A DNA stretch of 43,793 nucleotides, from positions 1-43,793 of the forward strand of contig CAZOHR010000001.1 in NCBI GenBank assembly GCA_964579045.1, given 5' to 3'. Below, in pieces: positions 27,501-34,266 of the stretch. How positions within the stretch are numbered: the first letter of the stretch is position 1; every line of letters starts with the position of its first letter. The translations under genes were made by a program, and so were the position numbers. The stretch is from an uncultured Bacteroidales bacterium. GTDB lineage: Bacteria; Bacteroidota; Bacteroidia; Bacteroidales; ML635J-15. The notes beneath the pieces are model-generated. The model did no database searches, was not told the origin of the DNA, and saw only the letters and a list, made by a program, of their open reading frames with translations.

Positions 27501-30500
27501 TCCATTTTGCGAAACAAGTCCTGCTGTTATCTTAAGTGCGGCTTCGGCTGGTGGAACTTGGTCTGGAACTGGAATTACTAATCCTTTAACAGGCACTTTT
27601 GATCCATTAGTTGCTGGTGGCGGCAATCATACTATAACTTATGAAATAACTAATGGGGCATGTAATAGCATTTCAACACAGGTAATTCATGTTGATGATT
27701 TTTTTGCTGCAACTATTACTGCCGCAGGTCCTTTCTGTAATACACAGCCTGCTCAGAATCTTGTTGCTGCTTCTACAGGTGGAACTTGGTCGGGAATAGG
27801 AATCACAGATGTAAATGTTGGAATATTTCATCCAGGTGTAGCGGGTCCTGGAGACTTTATAATTCAATATTCTATAACAAATGGACAGTGTAGCGATATT
27901 GACAATATTTCAATACATGTGGATCAATATTTTGATGCTACAATAACTCCGGCAGGTCCGTTTTGTGAAAATTCGGCTGTAATTAATCTTTCTGCAGCAA
28001 ATCCTAGTGGATTATGGAGTGGCAACGGGATAATTGTCCCTGGAGCCGGAACGTTTAATCCCGCAATAGCAGGTTCTGGTAATCATGTGATAACATATAT
28101 AATTACCAATGGTGTTTGTTCATCATCTGATACCGAAACAATTCAAGTTGATGCAGTATTAGATCCTTCAATAGCACCATCTGGTCCATTTTGTCAAAAT
28201 ACTGCTGCCCTTAATTTGACAGCAGCCACTATAGGTGGAACATGGAGTGGAGTGGGAATTACAAACATTACAAATGGCACTTTTAACCCTGCTGTTGCTG
28301 GTCCAGGAAATCATCTTGTAACATACCAACTTGTTAATGGAACTTGTACTTCGTCTGACACAGAAAATATTATTGTAGATTTATATCCAACTACCAGCTT
28401 ATCAGCTTATGGTCCTTATTGCGAGATATCTGCAGCAATTGATTTGGTAGAACCAAGTATAGGAGGAACATGGACTGGAACTGGGATTGTAAATCCAATC
28501 ACTGGATTGTTTGATCCTGCGATTGCAGGTGATGGAACACATCTGATAACTTATACAAATATAAATGGAGCATGTACCTCAACTGGCACAGTCAATATTC
28601 AGCTTGATGCTTCTGTTGATGCTACAATTACCTCCGCAGGTCCATTCTGCAGCAGCGACGGCTCAGTACTTCTTACAGCAGTATCTCCAAACGGGTTATG
28701 GAGTGGAACTGGAATTATAAATCCTGTAACTGGTTTATTTAATCCTGTTTTGGCAGGTGGGGGAACTCACATTATTCAGTATTCTGTGTCTAATGGCGTT
28801 TGCTCTGATACTGACAATACCTCAATAGTAGTTGAATCAAATCCAAATCCTACAATAATTACTACAGGTCCGTTTTGCGAAACTGATGGAAATCAGATAT
28901 TCTCTGCAGCAACTTTGGGAGGTGTCTGGAGTGGTGTTGGAATAGATGTGACTGGCAATTTTAGTCCCTCTGTTGCTGGGGTAGGTTCACACACAATAAC
29001 TTACACTCTTACAATAGGCACTTGTGTTGCAATCGATCAGGTGGATATTACAATAGATCAATTTTTAGATGCTACAATAACATCTTCTGCTAATTTCTGT
29101 ATTATGGATAGCCCTGCTCAGTTATTGTCAGCAAATACTGGTGGAATATGGTCTGGAAATGGGGTTAACTTATCTGGTTTGTTTAGTCCAGTAGTTGCTG
29201 GAGTCGGTAACCATAATGTAACTTATACTATTGTCAACGGAGCTTGTACTGATTCAGATAGTCATGTTTTTAGTGTAAATAATAATCCGGATGCAACAAT
29301 TACTGACAATTCGCCAGTGTGTTTAAATACTCCTGATTTTAGTTTAGTTGCTGCTACGGCAGGTGGAACATGGTCGGGAACTGGAATTTCTGATGCCGTT
29401 GCAGGTATCTTTTCACCAAACACAGCAGGCTCGGGAACTCATACAATTTCATACTCTATCACTGTTGGTGGATGCTCATCAGTTGACCAAACCGACATCA
29501 CTGTAAATGCATTGCCAGCTGTTACGATTTCTAATTTACTGACGGATTATTGTTTAAATGAAGCTGCCGTAACTGTGGGAGTTTCTCCTGCTGGAGGAAG
29601 TTTGACTGGAGATGGAATTAGTGGCACAATCTTTAACCCTGCCACTGCAGGAGTCGGTAATCACCAGATTTTATACACATATTCAGATGTTAATTCATGT
29701 ACGAACATTGCAACTGTTGATGTTAGTGTTCACGATTTACCAACTGTTAGTATTAATGGTATAGATCCTTATTATTGTCTTTATGATGCTGCCGTAAATC
29801 CTGTGTTACTTCCTATTGGTGGAGTTTTTGAAGGTAGTGGAGTTGTTGGAACTTCATTTAATCCAAATGCTGCTGGAGCAGGATCGTTCGAGTTGTTATA
29901 TCATTTCACAGATGTAAATTCATGCACAGATACAGCTTTTGTTAGTACTATTGTTTTGAGTAGTCCTGAAATAAGTTTCAGCTTTATTGAGCCATCTTGC
30001 TTTGGACTTTCTGATGGAAGTATTACAACGTCTATTAGTGGAGGTCTCGAACCTTATGTTTATTTGTGGAGTGATGCAGCCGCTTCGTCTACAACTGATT
30101 TGAATAATATCAATGCCGACATGTATTATCTTACAATTACTGATGATAATTCTTGTGTAAAAATTGACAGTGTTGATTTAACAGAACCAGAAGAACTTAC
30201 GGCTCAAATTACAAATTCTACAAACCCATCTTGTTTTGGTTATAGTGATGGATCTTCGACTGCAGTCGCTAGTGGAGGAACTCCAGATTATTCATTCTTA
30301 TGGGATAATGAAGATGCAAGTACGACAGAAACAGTGAATAATCTTGCTGATGGCGACTATTCTGTTACTATTACAGATTTGCATGATTGCACAGCATCTG
30401 CCACAATTTCCATAACACAGCCTACTGGTATGGAGCTTACTTTTACCGATTTGCAAAATGTTATTTGTTATTCAGAGTCAAATGGTGCTGCAAGTGTTGA

Positions 30501-32073
30501 AGTTTCTGGTGGTTCTCCTTCATATTCTGCTGTGTGGAACAATTCTGCATCTACTTCGGGATTTAGCATTACGAATCTTAGTTCTGGATATTATACAGTC
30601 ACGGTAACAGATTCTCAAGATTGTCAAATTGTTGACTCAGTGGAAATTACTCAACCAGATTCATTATATTTTGTGCCAGTAATAAATCCTGTTATCTGCG
30701 CACTGCAACTTGGTTCGGCAGGAATTACTACCTATGGTGGAACAGTACCGTATGAATTTGAGTGGTCGTCGGGTGAGACTGTTCCTGTACTTTTCAACAA
30801 AATTGCTGGCACCTATTATGTTACAATAGAAGATGCAAATAATTGTATTCTTCAGTCTTTTATCGAAATTGGAACATCTGGTTTTATTAATGCTGAAATA
30901 ACACAAACCGCATATAATCTTTGTTTTAAGGACGAAATTGCCAATATTGTTGCGTATTCAGATAACGCAGCAGATACAAGTTTGTATATATGGTCCAATT
31001 TTATTACTGATTCGATTAATCTAAATTTGGGCGCAGACGAATACTTTGTTACAATAACTGATAGATGGGGATGCAAAGGATTTGATTCAATTACTGTCAC
31101 AGAACCCGATCTTCTCGAACTTGATATAAGTTCGGTCAATATTAAATGTAAAGGCGATCTAACAGGTAGAGCAGGTGTTGTAATTGTTGGTGGAACGGCT
31201 CCATATTATCCAATTTGGCAAAATGGCGACCAAGCATTCTCTAGTAATACTTTACCAGCAGGAAAAATTTGGGTGACAGTTACCGACCATAATGGCTGTG
31301 TAGATAGTATTTCAACAATTATCACTGAACCAGAGACGGAGCTTTCTATTAATTTAGATATTGAACAAATAACTTGCTTTGGTGCAATGGATGCTTCAAT
31401 TAATTCTTATGCATCTGGTGGAACTCCCCCATATTTTTTCAATTGGAATCTACACGGTTTGGTGCTAACTGATCCAACCATTAGATTTCTTGATAAAGGA
31501 AATTACTATCTAACAATAACAGATAATAATAATTGTTTTGCTGACACAACCATAATCTTGTTTGAGCCTGGATTATTGGGGTCTACATTTATTACGAGTA
31601 ATCCGAGCTGTGACGGAAATTACGATGGGCACATTATGATGGCCAGCTATGGCGGAACTTTACCATATTCTTATTTCATTTATGACAATATTGCAACTCC
31701 TTACTTAATTGATTCTTTGTATGAAGGGGAGTACTTTGTAATGGTTAGAGATTCAAATAATTGTGAACATACTACTGGTCCAATTGCACTTATTGATAAT
31801 GATGTCGATTGCATTCATTTTCCAGTTGCATTTAGCCCGAACGGGGATGGGTATAACGATGAATGGTTTATCGAAAATATTCACTTATATCCTAAGTCAG
31901 TAGTCCAGATTTATAATCGATGGGGACAGTTGTTGTATGAGGAGAAAGGGATAGATGGCTATTGGGACGGGACTTTTAATGGGAACCCAGTACCAACAGG
32001 AGTGTATATTTATCTTCTAATTCTTAATAATGACGAGAAAACTCGTACTGGCACATTAACTTTAGTGCGATGA
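21589..32073 (+). CDS. giant (3494 aa) SprB-family cell-surface adhesin with a T9SS type-B (gliding-motility-associated) C-terminal domain
   Basis: Signal peptide [23 protein letters not shown]. Choice-of-anchor-L-like head at nt ~22105-22775 ([69 protein letters not shown]). Four Ig/PKD-like units at ~23150-24040. About 26 tandem two-Cys units. Eight SprB repeats. The C-terminal [41 protein letters not shown]...GVYIYLLIL is the type-B CTD (~31801-32070). Its start overlaps the upstream stop (TAATG). Confidence 0.9.
   Translation: [3494 protein letters not shown]
24040..29965 (+). repeat. in-frame tandem array of ~26 units of ~225-231 bp (75-77 codons)
   Basis: The consensus unit by eye is GPFC-x2-D-x-A-(V/I)-NLTA-x3[10 protein letters not shown]-x5-G-TF(D/N)P-x2-AG-x-G-x-H-x-ITY-x4-NG-x-C-x3-D-x4-I-x-V. 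The GGTWSG-type core recurs 26 times; the last two are degenerate ([20 protein letters not shown]). Confidence 0.85.
29985..31800 (+). repeat. eight SprB-type repeats (~72-75 aa each)
   Basis: Units start at [108 protein letters not shown] and [16 protein letters not shown]. Each is followed by a Y-x-(V/L)T(I/V)TD-x-x-x-C element. Confidence 0.75.
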
Positions 32074-32122
32074 TAAAATTACAAAAGCCTAATATTTACT
32101 ATTTAATTTAGGGGAGAAATAA

Positions 32123-33175
32123 ATGAGTTATTCAGAAGCGAAAAAAGGACTTGAACCGGGTTCGGTATTATACACTGGGAAGAAAAAAGTTGAGCATGTA
32201 ATAATCGAAAATATTATTTTCAGCCCTAAAGAAATTATAGAAACACGTATTACCGACGTCTCTGAGTTAAAATGTAATATTGATAATGATCTAGTACAAT
32301 GGGTAAACATCACAGGGTTACATGAGGTTTCAACAATTGAAAAAATTGGAAATATTTTTGGAATTCACAATTTAGTTCTCGAAGACATCTTAAATATTGA
32401 GCAGCGCCCCAAAGTTGATTTCCATACCGATAGTATTTATATTATTTTAAAAAATTTAAAGTTTAATGCGTCAAAATCGGTAATTGAACAAGAGCAAATT
32501 AGTATTATTCTTCACAAGAATTTTGTGCTGAGTTTTGTTGAGAAAGATGAATTGCTATTTTCCCCAATATTATCGAGACTTAAGATAGTTGGATCAAAAA
32601 TGAGGGGAATGGGCGTTGATTATTTAGCATATTCTCTTATGGATTTAGTAATTGACCATTATTTTATATTGCTCGAAAAAATAGAGGAGCATCTCGATTT
32701 TTATGAAAACAAAATCATTAAGGTAGAGCACAAAAATGTACTTAATAAAGTTTATAATTTAAAACGAGAAAATCTTGTGCTAAACAATGCTGTTTGGCCA
32801 CTTCGCGAATTGGTTTCCCAACTTGAGCGCACAGATACAGATTTGATAAAAAAGAAAAATCATATATATTTTCGGGATTTGTACGACCATACGATTCAGG
32901 TTATTGACCGTATTGGTGTTTATCGTGATTTACTCAATGCATTAATAGAGTTACATTTATCTGGCTCAAGCAACAGAACAAATGAGGTGATGAAGGTACT
33001 TACAGTTATTTCGACAATCTTTATGCCTTTAACATTTATTGTAGGTGTTTATGGGATGAACTTTAAGTATATGCCTGAGTTGGAGGTTAGATGGGCATAT
33101 TTTGCAGTCATGGGATTAATGTTGATTATTGCTCTAGCAATGCTCTATTATTTCCGTAAGAAGAAGTGGCTATAA
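32123..33175 (+). CDS. corA: magnesium/cobalt transporter CorA
   Basis: 350 aa. Two C-terminal TM helices flank the signature YGMNF (VGVYGMNFKYMPE). Ends in a basic tail, FRKKKWL. Confidence 0.9.
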   Translation: MSYSEAKKGLEPGSVLYTGKKKVEHVIIENIIFSPKEIIETRITDVSELKCNIDNDLVQWVNITGLHEVSTIEKIGNIFGIHNLVLEDILNIEQRPKVDFHTDSIYIILKNLKFNASKSVIEQEQISIILHKNFVLSFVEKDELLFSPILSRLKIVGSKMRGMGVDYLAYSLMDLVIDHYFILLEKIEEHLDFYENKIIKVEHKNVLNKVYNLKRENLVLNNAVWPLRELVSQLERTDTDLIKKKNHIYFRDLYDHTIQVIDRIGVYRDLLNALIELHLSGSSNRTNEVMKVLTVISTIFMPLTFIVGVYGMNFKYMPELEVRWAYFAVMGLMLIIALAMLYYFRKKKWL

Positions 33176-33195
33176 AAGTAGGATTGTCATAAAAC

Positions 33196-33236
33196 AAAAA
33201 AACTTCAACCCGTTGCCGGATTGAAGTTTTTTGTTT
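33196..33236. terminator. bidirectional intrinsic terminator between convergent corA and the PKD/T9SS gene
   Basis: AAAAAAACTTCAACC-cgttgcc-GGaTTGAAGTTTTTT forms a ~10-bp stem with one bulge. An A-tract flanks it on one side and a T-tract on the other, so it can terminate both strands. Confidence 0.7.
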
Positions 33237-33256
33237 AATAAACTTATAACAAGTAT

Positions 33257-34240
33257 CTATTTAATTGAGATCGTTTTTGTTATTTCACCGTCAGCAGTAA
33301 CAACTTTAATAAAGTAGTTTGCTTTTGTGAGCTTGCTGATATCAATAACTTCTTTTGCAGAATTTGATTCTTCACTATAAACTACCTTACCAAGAATATC
33401 AACAATGCTAATTGATTTAAGATTCTCAGCCTCAATTGTAATTTCGCTAGTAGCTGGATTTGGATAAACCTTTACACTGTTGATTAACGCATTGTTAATA
33501 TCAGAACCAGATGTAATTGTTATGTAGTCGGATGCTGTGTGGAAATCTTCTCCACCTTCGTTGGCAACAGTTAATGAAACGTCATAAATACCAACAGTCG
33601 AGTATGTAACAACAGGATTCTGTACATCGCTAGTTGCAGGTGTTCCACCTTCAAATATCCATGCCCAAGAGGTTGGAGTATTTGTACTTTCGTCTGTAAA
33701 ACTTACATTCATTCCAGTTTCTGTAGTAGTTACATCTGCAGAGAAAGCTGCAACTGGTGCTGGAGGTAAAGCTGGAACAACAATAACCATAAGTGACGTG
33801 TCATCAGTCATAGGTGATTGTGCTATCGGGGTTCCAAAAACATTAATGTAAGGAACAATAGTAAGAGTTAGTTGGTGTTCTCCAATTTCTGTGGAGGTTC
33901 CATAAAGTTGACAGCAATAACTTGTAGCAGGATCTGTAACTAAGAAAACATCTTGACTTTTACACCATGTCATTCCTGTAGGTAATCCCTCAACATTAGT
34001 AATTTTAATTGAATGAATAACAGGTAGACCTTGATATTCTGCCGGAGGAATAACGGTTACTGTTTCGTCATAGTACACACCAGAAGTTGCTGTAGGGAGA
34101 ACTAATGGACATACCTCGCCAGGATTGTCAATGTCAACACAACCCGGATTAGGGGTGCATGGAGGATCACAAATTTGAGCGTTCATCTGCATTGCAAAAG
34201 CAAAGAATAAAATTGATAAAACTAAAGTAATTTTTTTCAT
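33257..34240 (-). CDS. secreted PKD-domain protein with a T9SS type-A sorting domain
   Basis: 327 aa. Signal peptide. Cys-rich N-terminus (QICDPPCTPNPGCVDIDNPGEVCP). PKD unit (VSFTDESTNTPTSWAWIFEGGTPATSDVQNPVVTYSTVGIYDVSLTVAN). C-terminal VKVYPNPATSEITIEAENL...ANYFIKVVT...TISIK. Confidence 0.75.
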   Translation of the reverse strand: MKKITLVLSILFFAFAMQMNAQICDPPCTPNPGCVDIDNPGEVCPLVLPTATSGVYYDETVTVIPPAEYQGLPVIHSIKITNVEGLPTGMTWCKSQDVFLVTDPATSYCCQLYGTSTEIGEHQLTLTIVPYINVFGTPIAQSPMTDDTSLMVIVVPALPPAPVAAFSADVTTTETGMNVSFTDESTNTPTSWAWIFEGGTPATSDVQNPVVTYSTVGIYDVSLTVANEGGEDFHTASDYITITSGSDINNALINSVKVYPNPATSEITIEAENLKSISIVDILGKVVYSEESNSAKEVIDISKLTKANYFIKVVTADGEITKTISIK

Positions 34241-34266
34241 ATTAATTGAATTATTGGTTAAACATA

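Noticed and set aside
24900-27867. A series of 64-133-aa antisense ORFs inside the giant adhesin gene (for example 24900-25124, 25174-25575, 26040-26240, 26367-26765, 26943-27140, 27175-27402 and 27673-27867). Several share a repeated VP.(H/Q)VPPA.AAV motif.
   Set aside because: They are the reverse-complement reading of the [9 protein letters not shown]-type repeat. The Gly/Thr/Ala/Pro codon bias of the sense strand removes stop codons from antisense frames. The sense ORF is continuous for 3494 codons and has clear domain content.
24040-29965. Regular periodic repeats that could at first glance suggest a CRISPR array or satellite.
   Set aside because: The period is ~228 bp, not 60-75 bp. 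The units are diverged copies of each other with no conserved short repeat and variable spacer structure. The array stays in one reading frame of a protein with recognisable flanking domains. No cas genes are present.
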